Shown piece by piece: positions 16,054 to 23,097 of a stretch of DNA of 23,097 nucleotides. Under the pieces are notes generated by a model. That model saw only the letters and a list, made by a program, of their open reading frames with translations, was not told the DNA's origin and did not search any database. This DNA comes from Pseudobacteriovorax sp. (GTDB lineage Bacteria > Bdellovibrionota_B > Oligoflexia > Oligoflexales > Oligoflexaceae), in assembly GCA_050293845.1 (NCBI GenBank), contig JBNKNM010000078.1, forward strand, positions 1 to 23,097. Direction: 5' to 3'. The position numbers and the translations under genes were made by a program. How positions within the stretch are numbered: position 1 is the stretch's first letter; every line of letters starts with the position of its first letter.

Positions 16054-18146
16054 AAGGTTTGCTTGTGAAAAGTGCAGGCGGTTGGACAACTTTAGAAAAC
16101 AGCTTCGGTTCATCCGGGCACTACAAGGAAACAACCCGCTTTACTGCAAATAAGCTTGATCTAAAGGGTCTCTTTTTTACTGAGGATTGGGTCTATATTG
16201 TATGTGACCTAGTAGCTTCAAAGCTTCATAATCAAAAACTTAAAGTTTACCGTAGGGAACTCATTAAGGGGCGCTACCTTCATTTTTTGGAAGAAGGACA
16301 TCCTCTACAAGAATCACTTGAAGACCCCAACGAGTTTCATGACTATCATTCATGGATGTATGTCATAGCTGTTGATCTTGTTCTGATGGGAAACGCCGTA
16401 TTATGGGCGACCCGGACGCAAGGCACAATTCCTATTCCAGCGGAAAACATTGAACTAGAGATCAGCGAAAAGCGCGGAATCATATCAGGCTATCTTGTCA
16501 CCGATCCCGCTAATCCCGGACTTAAAAAGCTAAGGATTAACCCTAGCGAGGTGATCCATATTAAAAAGCCCAATCCATCTAGTTATTATTGGGGTCTCTC
16601 TGCTTTTGTTCCAGGGTCAAGGGCTGTGTTATTTAACCGTTTCACTAGTGAGTTTTTAAATAATTATTACATCAAGGGAGCACAGCCACAATTTGCTATT
16701 AAGATCGGGAACGCCAATGAACGCTCGGCGTTACGTCTTCTCCGATCATTTGAGCAAGCCTACACAGGAAGACAGCAACAAAGGCGACCAATCATATTGC
16801 CAGCAGGGGTGGATATCACTCCAACAGAAACCAAACTCGGTGATCAAAAGCTAAGTGAATATGTCAAACTCAACCGGGAAACTGTTATTAACCTTCTCGG
16901 TGCCCCTAAACATGAATTTTCGATCAATGAATCAGGAAGCATGGGGAGTGAAGAAACCAAACAGGCACTAAAGAATTTTTGGGCGCGTACTCTATTACCT
17001 AGTCAACGTCTTGTCGCAGGTAATATGACAAAGCACTACCGAAGACTCGGAAAGCTCGATAAAAACCATTTACTACTTTTTGACAATAGCGATGTTGAAA
17101 TCCTACAAGAGGACAAAAAAGCTAAAGCTGAGCTTGCAGGAGAAATGCTATCCGTCCACACCATAAATGAAGTCAGGGCGGAACTTTATTCAATAGAACC
17201 TCACCCAGATGGCGATGCCCTTGGTCCTAAACCATTTGAGCAAACAGTCGTCGGAAGTAAACCACAAGAAAACTCCGAAGAAAAATCCCTCACCCAGAAA
17301 GATCTTAAGATTGATGAATGGTTTGAGACCAAGGCTCAGATTCGTAACGCAAGAGCTGACCAGGATGAGGAGCAAATAACAGAACTCGGCCTTAATGTCT
17401 ATCTAGCGACCCTTGATGAACTAATGCCAGTGGTCAGCTCCGAGCTTGCTAGAGCGACAAAATGCTATGCCGCATTAACCGTAAAAGAGTCTCAAGGTTC
17501 GAGTAAATCCCTCAAAAATATTTTTTTGGAAATTTTTTCCGACTACGAGGAAAGCTTTACCGAAGGCTTTACAAACATTACAGAAAATAGTTTCGACTAT
17601 GGCCTTGCTAGCGCATATGAAAGCCCGTTTCCCAAACAATTTCAGGATTCCCCCCTTTTCGATGCCATCAGCAATATAGACGATAAAGGCAGAGCGCAAT
17701 TAAAGGCGCGAGGGATAAAAGCTTTTAGCGGATTTTCTGAGGGCACGACAGAGAGCATGATGAGCGTGATTGAAACAGGACTAGCAAGAAATAAAACTCA
17801 GGACGAGATCCTAATCGATCTTAAAGAGAAAGTCTTGAATGCCAATGCTCGGGCATTTCAACTTAGGCGAATAGGTCGCACCGAAAGCTATACTGCTCAA
17901 GCCCTTGGTAAAGAAGCTGGATTTAGAATTGCCGCCAAAGAGAATCCCGGTCTTAGAAAAATGTGGCTTACTAGTGGATCGATGGCGGTAAGAGATGAAC
18001 ACATTCCCTTGCACAAAGAAACCGTGGGAATCAATGAAATCTTTAGTATTGGCCTACGCTTCCCCCATGACCCCAATGGATCAGCTAAAGAGGTTGTTAA
18101 TTGTGTCTGTGATGTAGTTCTCGTTGGAGATCAAGGTGATGCTTAA
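15993..18146 (+). CDS. Portal protein fused to a C-terminal Mu gpF/SPP1 gp7-like head morphogenesis domain
   Basis: Portal motifs VYIVCDLVASK, DLVLMGNA, EVIHIK.PNP...YWGLS, TINEVRAE; C-terminal RIGRTES...KMWLTSG...VRDEH...LRFPHDPNGSAKEVVNCVC. Confidence 0.92.
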   Translation: MDRNNDKARHSLSSFENRELKGLLVKSAGGWTTLENSFGSSGHYKETTRFTANKLDLKGLFFTEDWVYIVCDLVASKLHNQKLKVYRRELIKGRYLHFLEEGHPLQESLEDPNEFHDYHSWMYVIAVDLVLMGNAVLWATRTQGTIPIPAENIELEISEKRGIISGYLVTDPANPGLKKLRINPSEVIHIKKPNPSSYYWGLSAFVPGSRAVLFNRFTSEFLNNYYIKGAQPQFAIKIGNANERSALRLLRSFEQAYTGRQQQRRPIILPAGVDITPTETKLGDQKLSEYVKLNRETVINLLGAPKHEFSINESGSMGSEETKQALKNFWARTLLPSQRLVAGNMTKHYRRLGKLDKNHLLLFDNSDVEILQEDKKAKAELAGEMLSVHTINEVRAELYSIEPHPDGDALGPKPFEQTVVGSKPQENSEEKSLTQKDLKIDEWFETKAQIRNARADQDEEQITELGLNVYLATLDELMPVVSSELARATKCYAALTVKESQGSSKSLKNIFLEIFSDYEESFTEGFTNITENSFDYGLASAYESPFPKQFQDSPLFDAISNIDDKGRAQLKARGIKAFSGFSEGTTESMMSVIETGLARNKTQDEILIDLKEKVLNANARAFQLRRIGRTESYTAQALGKEAGFRIAAKENPGLRKMWLTSGSMAVRDEHIPLHKETVGINEIFSIGLRFPHDPNGSAKEVVNCVCDVVLVGDQGDA

Positions 18147-18888
18147 ATATTTGTTTTGTAACTTTGATACTAAAGCTAAGGATGACCTTACTATTGAAGG
18201 TTACGCCAATCTTTCGATGAAAGATGGAAAACCTTTTATTGACCGTGGTGATGATTTTATTGAGCCTGGTGCCTGGGATTTATCCGAGTTTAAAGAAAAC
18301 CCGGTTCTAATGATCATCCATACCATGGGATCGAGCGATCTTGTATCAAAGCTTAATATCGGGATGATCGATGCTATCGAAGTCGATGAGCACGGCTTAA
18401 GAGTCAAGGCTACTCTAACAAAGTCAAAGCATCCTGATATGCTTCATATCAAGACTCTTGTAAAAGAAGGCTCTCTAAAATCCTTTTCAGTTGGTTTTGA
18501 AACGGTTGAATCCGTGCAAGGCGAGATCGAAGGGAAGTCAGTTAGGATCGTTAAAAAAGCTAAGCTTGTTGAAATCTCAGTAGTCCCTATTCCTGAAAAT
18601 CAATACAGCTTTTTTACAACAAAATGCTTTAACCAAAAAGAATTCCGACAAGAGTTCCTAACGATGAAAGATGTCCTAACAGAGCCTACGGTAATTGACA
18701 TTGAGCCTTTAAAATCAGAAGTACAGACAACGAATCGGCTACTTAAACATCTACTACTTAAGTTTGACAATATTAAGTTTCTTCAGCCTAAGCCATCTAA
18801 TGAGAGCCAAGATACTGAGACAGAAACAAAAAAAGTAAAAGAGCTAGAATCAAAGGTTGATCAAATGCTCGAAAGACTTTGTAAATAA
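18139..18888 (+). CDS. HK97-family prohead maturation protease
   Basis: IEGYAN...DRGDDFIEPGAW, NPVLMIIH (His), SFSVGF (Ser), LVEISVVPIPEN. ATG at 18139 overlaps the portal end. Confidence 0.93.
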   Translation: MLKYLFCNFDTKAKDDLTIEGYANLSMKDGKPFIDRGDDFIEPGAWDLSEFKENPVLMIIHTMGSSDLVSKLNIGMIDAIEVDEHGLRVKATLTKSKHPDMLHIKTLVKEGSLKSFSVGFETVESVQGEIEGKSVRIVKKAKLVEISVVPIPENQYSFFTTKCFNQKEFRQEFLTMKDVLTEPTVIDIEPLKSEVQTTNRLLKHLLLKFDNIKFLQPKPSNESQDTETETKKVKELESKVDQMLERLCK

Positions 18889-18905
18889 ATTTTTAAGGGG
18901 AGAGT

Positions 18906-20543
18906 ATGAGCGGCATCGCTACGAAAATTGAAAAATTAACTGAAAGAGTCGAACAGGCCGAAACAAAGGCTAATGAGCTAAAGGATAAGAACACTGAGCT
19001 TGAGTCAAAGGTTGAGGAGCTAGAAAAAGAAAAGATAGCCCTTGTTACTAGCAACGGTAAAGCCTATGGTCGCCGATCTGATTCCATAGAAGCAAAAGCC
19101 CTTGATCATTTTGGCTGCAAACATCCACAAGAACTATTTAGCATTAATACAGCCGATCCGCGCTATAACTGGGTTAGTAATGATGTTAAGGGCTATGTCA
19201 GACAGCTCAAAAGTGACCTTGATGTAGCACGCTGGGTCAGCCAACTTTATTACGGTGAACCTCAAGACACCTTTACCAGCGATCGTGATCAAGAAAAGAT
19301 TGTTACCGTAAAAGGTATTCTTGACCATAATTTTGGTAAAGATGTGCTAGCGGGAAAGCTAAAGGCTCTTGGTACTGAGGTTGAAGGTGGCGGGGCTGAA
19401 TGGCTTAATATTGCTATCTCTAGCTCATACATCGAGGAATTAGAGCTAGATCGTAGGGTCGAATCGCTATTTCGACAAATGCCCATGCCATCAAAAGAAT
19501 ATACTGTTCCAAAAGTTAAAGGACTTCAAAAGGCAAGGCGTATTGGTGAGAAAATGAAGGCTACGCCTACCAACGTAGGAACAACAAACCTTAAGCTAAA
19601 TGCGGAAAAGTTCGTTGAATATGTCGAAATGCCCGAAGAAGTGAATGAAGACACCGCGCCACCAATATTAGCGCTTCACAGGATGGAAGCTATTGAATCT
19701 CAAGAGCGGGCGATCGAGGCGGGCATAATATCTGGTGATGCTACTCTTAATACCGATAAGACAAGTAACCACATGGATTCAGACAGCCGTGATCTTAATC
19801 TTTCAGAAACCGCTTGGCATGGGTTAAGAAAACTTGCCATTGATAATGGTGCTTTTGGTGGTGTGTTAGATCTTGGTGGCAATCCCATTTCTCAGTTAGC
19901 TTTAAGACGTATGCGCGCTCAGATGGGAAAATACGGAACAAGCCCAAGGAATTTGGTATGGCTTGTGGGAACTACAGCATATCAGCATTTTCTATCGCTT
20001 CCGGGCGTTGTGACCGTCGATAAGATTACGGCAACTTTTGCAACGATCTTACGTGGATCACTAGCAGCTTTTGACGGCATTCCTATTGTTATTAGTGAGT
20101 GGATGCGTGAAGACTTGAACGAGAGCGGCGTCTATGATGGTACATCAATGGATCGGCTAGGCATAATCCTAGTCAATACCTCTCGTTTTATGACTGGCCT
20201 ACGCAGACCTATCATGACTCGTATCGTTCAAGATCTTCCAGGCTGGGACCAAACCCTAATCGGATCATACCAACGTAAAGCATTTGCTGGTTGCGAACAA
20301 GATGCCGATGAGGTTAGCGTAGTTTATGGAATCAATGGATCTAAAGACTTTGTTGTTCCTCAAACACCTACGGACCCCACACCCTCTACACTACTTTCAA
20401 CTATTCAAAAATCATCTAGCGAAGACGATACAGCAAGTCCTGAGAAAACTACAGATACCGTAGCAACTCAGAAAAAAACGAGTAGTCGTAAGAAATCTGA
20501 GGCTAATAAGAATGAAGGAAAACCAGATGAAGCTCAAGCTTAA
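18906..20543 (+). CDS. Major capsid protein (HK97 fold) with N-terminal coiled-coil scaffold segment and low-complexity C-terminal extension
   Basis: Follows the protease; N-terminal heptads; EGGGAEWL, ERAIEAGIISGD, LRRMRAQMGKYG, FDGIPIVISE motifs. Confidence 0.92.
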   Translation: MSGIATKIEKLTERVEQAETKANELKDKNTELESKVEELEKEKIALVTSNGKAYGRRSDSIEAKALDHFGCKHPQELFSINTADPRYNWVSNDVKGYVRQLKSDLDVARWVSQLYYGEPQDTFTSDRDQEKIVTVKGILDHNFGKDVLAGKLKALGTEVEGGGAEWLNIAISSSYIEELELDRRVESLFRQMPMPSKEYTVPKVKGLQKARRIGEKMKATPTNVGTTNLKLNAEKFVEYVEMPEEVNEDTAPPILALHRMEAIESQERAIEAGIISGDATLNTDKTSNHMDSDSRDLNLSETAWHGLRKLAIDNGAFGGVLDLGGNPISQLALRRMRAQMGKYGTSPRNLVWLVGTTAYQHFLSLPGVVTVDKITATFATILRGSLAAFDGIPIVISEWMREDLNESGVYDGTSMDRLGIILVNTSRFMTGLRRPIMTRIVQDLPGWDQTLIGSYQRKAFAGCEQDADEVSVVYGINGSKDFVVPQTPTDPTPSTLLSTIQKSSSEDDTASPEKTTDTVATQKKTSSRKKSEANKNEGKPDEAQA

Positions 20544-20739
20544 ACGAGGGGTAAAATCCCCTTTTCTTATCGCAACCCCGGAATGCTCCTACAACTGGCG
20601 TCCGGGAGATACAAAAAACGTTCCTCATGAAGTGGGACAAATATTACTAGACCGATACCCTGAGCTATTTGTTGCTTGTAAGAGAAAATTTGAAAACAAA
20701 AAATATAAGTCCCATCGCTACGAGAAAAAACATGCTTAA
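20527..20739 (+). CDS. Small hypothetical head-associated protein
   Basis: GAAGGA RBS before ATG 20527; overlaps the capsid stop and adaptor start, a common position for small head genes. Confidence 0.6.
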   Translation: MKLKLKRGVKSPFLIATPECSYNWRPGDTKNVPHEVGQILLDRYPELFVACKRKFENKKYKSHRYEKKHA

Positions 20740-21301
20740 CCTCATCACGGTAAAAGAAATGCTCGCTTATCTTCGCATCCCAGAAGCCGCCGCCGATGAG
20801 ACTTTAAGAGCAAGTATTTTGTCAGCCATCGAGGATGCAAGTAGCAGCATCGAGCAGATAACAAATAGAAAACTTTCTTTGCAAACACACAATCAAAGTT
20901 TCGACGGGAGACGGTCTAACCGTCTTCTCGTAAGGGAGTACCCACTTAAAAGTATAGTATCGCTCACTATCAACAAAGATGATTATAAGGGAAAGCTTTT
21001 TATTGAAGATGAGCAAACCGTAGTCTTTGACACGATGTTCCCTCTGGGAGTTCAAAACATCAAGCTTGTATATACGGCTGGGTATGAGCCTGTCCCTGGC
21101 ATTCTCAAACGTGCTTGCCGGATATTGGCGGGTTGGTTTTTAAAGATCGAAGAAACGGGACTAATCGGGCGCACAGGTGCAAGCAAGAATGGTGAATCTG
21201 TCACAACTCCAAACCATATCCCAAAGGTTGTTTATGAACTCTTGCAGCCATTTGTACGCCAAGAATTCCCATTAGGAGATAGATCCATTGGCAGCATTTA
21301 A
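20732..21301 (+). CDS. Head-tail adaptor/connector (HK97 gp6/SPP1 gp15-like with beta insertion)
   Basis: LITVKEMLAYLRI...IEDASSSIEQITNRKL...YPLKSIVSL...NIKLVYTAGYEPVPGILKRAC...LLQPF. Confidence 0.85.
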   Translation: MLNLITVKEMLAYLRIPEAAADETLRASILSAIEDASSSIEQITNRKLSLQTHNQSFDGRRSNRLLVREYPLKSIVSLTINKDDYKGKLFIEDEQTVVFDTMFPLGVQNIKLVYTAGYEPVPGILKRACRILAGWFLKIEETGLIGRTGASKNGESVTTPNHIPKVVYELLQPFVRQEFPLGDRSIGSI

Positions 21302-21764
21302 CCGTGGCGAATATGAAAAGCTCATGGCAAAGCTGGAGATTATCGTTAAAAGAACTACTCCCGTAAGCAGCGATATGAGCGAGGCCCTACTCGCGGCTGC
21401 AAGTATTGTGGAACTTGAGGCTAAGCTAAATGTGAGGGAGTTAGGGCTTGTTAGAAACGATAATTCTATTATGATGGCGATTCAATCTCGTCTCGAAAGC
21501 TCCCAAAGGGCTGAAATTGGAACTTTTGATCACCGCTTTGCTCATGTTTATGAGCATGGGTTACCTTTTACTGACAAGATGCGAAGAGCTATGTTTTATA
21601 AACTTCGAGCATCGGAACGGTTTAGCGAAAATTATAGCTCAAAAGATCGGCTTGATATGCAACGGGGAGCATATCGTCGAGCATCTTACCTTGGTCCAGC
21701 ACTTGAAGCAAAAAGAGAGGAAGTTTTAAAAATTCTACTAGAGAGATTCACACGTGGGTTTTGA
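21288..21764 (+). CDS. Neck/tail-completion protein (HK97 gp10 / Mu gpG-like)
   Basis: AASIVELEAK...AEIGT...AHVYEHG...YLGPALE; AGGAG RBS before TTG; synteny. Confidence 0.75.
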   Translation: MAAFNRGEYEKLMAKLEIIVKRTTPVSSDMSEALLAAASIVELEAKLNVRELGLVRNDNSIMMAIQSRLESSQRAEIGTFDHRFAHVYEHGLPFTDKMRRAMFYKLRASERFSENYSSKDRLDMQRGAYRRASYLGPALEAKREEVLKILLERFTRGF

Positions 21765-22191
21765 GAAATCAGATCAGACAGTAATTGTAGAAAGATTGAC
21801 TGAGGTACTTTCTAGTATCCCAGCCGTAAAGCACGTGCATAATAAGCGAGTAAGAGTAAACATTGAAGATTGGCATGATTACGAACTTCCTGCCATTCAG
21901 ATTTATGATGCTGGTGACTCTGCAAAACATGACAGGGATTATTTAACTGTCGATTGGCTATTAAATCTCGAACTTATCCTTAAAACAACCCAGCGTGGAG
22001 TTGTTGATCAAACCACGCTCTATGATTTTAGAAAATCTGTAATTAGGTCAATCTGGAACAGTCGAAAACTCGGTCTAAGTCAAATTAGTAGTATCGAATA
22101 TAGGAAAAATCAAACTGGTTTACATGTTTTGGAGCCTTACTACTGGTCAACCTTACAGATCATGATTAGATATAGAGAAAAAATTAGCTAA
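21754..22191 (+). CDS. Probable tail terminator/completion protein
   Basis: 145 aa, IVERLTEVLSSI...ELPAIQIY pattern, position before the tail tube gene. Confidence 0.65.
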   Translation: MGFEKSDQTVIVERLTEVLSSIPAVKHVHNKRVRVNIEDWHDYELPAIQIYDAGDSAKHDRDYLTVDWLLNLELILKTTQRGVVDQTTLYDFRKSVIRSIWNSRKLGLSQISSIEYRKNQTGLHVLEPYYWSTLQIMIRYREKIS

Positions 22192-22544
22192 TGTTCCCAC
22201 GGCATGTTTCCCCAACGAGTAAAACTGTCACAACTTTCATTCGCTAGTGAATAGCTATAACCTTTTGAACTTGTCTTTTCATAATCAATTCCAGCCTCTT
22301 GGAGTAGAGATTTAACAACTTTTAGTCCATTAGCATAATTTGAGGGATACCTTTCTACGATTTCTTGAAGACCGCGGATGACATATGTTTCTGACTCATA
22401 ACCTACGTCCCAAGTATATGTTAGCATACCTGCCACCACTACCCTTAGCTCATGTGTTCTTCCAGATTTTGCTATTTGCTTCAGTTGCTTAATCCAACAG
22501 CGGTACATTTCCTTTCCTACAATAGATTCCCATTCAGCTCTCAT
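22188..22544 (-). CDS. Hypothetical accessory protein (moron) antisense within the structural region
   Basis: GAGGTG RBS before ATG 22544 (MRAEWESIV...); stop overlaps the stop of 21754-22191; possible own promoter TTCAAA-16-TATATT around 22574-22600 on the minus strand. Confidence 0.75.
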   Translation of the reverse strand: MRAEWESIVGKEMYRCWIKQLKQIAKSGRTHELRVVVAGMLTYTWDVGYESETYVIRGLQEIVERYPSNYANGLKVVKSLLQEAGIDYEKTSSKGYSYSLANESCDSFTRWGNMPWEH

Positions 22545-22602
22545 GATCCACCTCATTTTTTTAAGTTGCGAAAATATAATCAATATTCAGGTTTTTTGAA
22601 AT

Positions 22603-22649
22603 AATTTTGGGATTGCCCCCTATTTTCTCGTTTTTTGCCTTCCTATCAT
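22603..22649 (+). promoter_or_regulatory. Putative late promoter copy C (AATTTTGGGATTGCCCCCTAT + TATCAT -10) upstream of the tail gene
   Basis: Matches the motifs at 9123 and 14496; the -10-like hexamer begins 41 nt after the motif start. Confidence 0.65.
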
Positions 22650-22668
22650 TCCAGATGGAGGGAAGTTT

Positions 22669-23097
22669 ATGAAAAACTATCGCGCAATCTATGAAGACCA
22701 GGGCGATGCTAGCTCACTAGAACAAAAATGGTTTATCAAAGAAGAAACCATTAGAGGAGTACTTACTGCACCGGGTAATAGCGATTATTTCCTTGCTCAA
22801 AACGGCGGATCAATCGAATACACCCAAACCATAGAATCATCGGAACAAAAGTCAGGCCGCCATCATAAAACGCCAATCGAGCAGCGAGAAACAACAGACT
22901 GGTCATTTACAACCTTCTGCAATATCGATCTTTCCGCAATCGATGGACAAAGCTCAATCGATAGGGCCATTAGAACCCTCTATAAGAATATGTTTGGCAG
23001 TGAATCAGTAAGCGGCGGGGTCATAGCATTTGATTCCACCATAGCCCCACAAAAAACATTCTCCATTTTTGAGATTGCAGATATTCACTCGAATCAG
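22669..23097 (+). CDS. Probable major tail (tube) protein, truncated by the window end
   Basis: Not in the ORF track. GGAGGG RBS, ATG 22669, 143 open codons to the end (MKNYRAIYEDQGDASSLEQKWFIKEETIRGVLTAP...RTLYKNMFGSE...). KEET..G motif and synteny fit tail tube proteins. Confidence 0.7.
   Translation, partial: MKNYRAIYEDQGDASSLEQKWFIKEETIRGVLTAPGNSDYFLAQNGGSIEYTQTIESSEQKSGRHHKTPIEQRETTDWSFTTFCNIDLSAIDGQSSIDRAIRTLYKNMFGSESVSGGVIAFDSTIAPQKTFSIFEIADIHSNQ

Larger units (their letters stand above)
1469..23097. mobile_element. Tailed phage/prophage segment (RusA, packaging, lysis, head, neck and start of tail genes, with interspersed accessory genes); boundaries not visible
   Basis: Syntenic terminase-portal-protease-capsid-adaptor-neck-tail genes at 14569-23097, plus RusA and lysin. 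No integrase or att site in the window. Confidence 0.95.

Noticed and set aside
1565..21729. Short alternative-frame and antisense ORFs in the track (e.g. 1565-1828, 2633-2950, 9162-9368, 15160-15483, 19134-19888, 21517-21729)
   Set aside because: They are nested in well-supported genes, with no RBS or recognisable motifs; treated as shadow ORFs.
1..23097. CRISPR arrays, tRNA/rRNA genes, IS elements, integron attC sites
   Set aside because: No regularly spaced identical repeats, cloverleaf-like sequences, transposase or integrase were noticed by eye; the cassette-delimiting repeats are coding-derived, not attC-like palindromes.

Overview
The window is part of a tailed dsDNA phage or prophage genome. 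No integrase or att site is visible, so prophage versus free phage cannot be decided. The right half (14569-23097) is a head/neck/tail module: large terminase, portal fused to a Mu gpF/SPP1 gp7-like domain, HK97-type prohead protease, major capsid protein, head-tail adaptor, neck/tail-completion genes and the start of a probable tail tube gene. The left half holds a RusA resolvase and an HTH protein that looks like the small terminase, about 12 kb away from the large terminase. The gap is filled by AT-rich accessory genes (DUF2806, wHTH-TIR/NDT-like, DUF4747 plus membrane partner, a half-HsdS-like gene), a TIGR02594/CHAP-like lysin and a minus-strand trio ending in a LamG-containing fibre-like gene. 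A DUF2971 gene precedes rusA. Two structures are not explained by the ORF track. (1) The 3' end of the putative terS gene occurs three times as diverged copies that delimit accessory cassettes, suggesting a gene-capture hotspot. (2) A conserved 21-bp motif plus a -10-like box at near-fixed spacing precedes the lysin, terminase and tail operons, suggesting an activator-dependent late promoter. All family assignments come from motif recognition by eye, not database searches.
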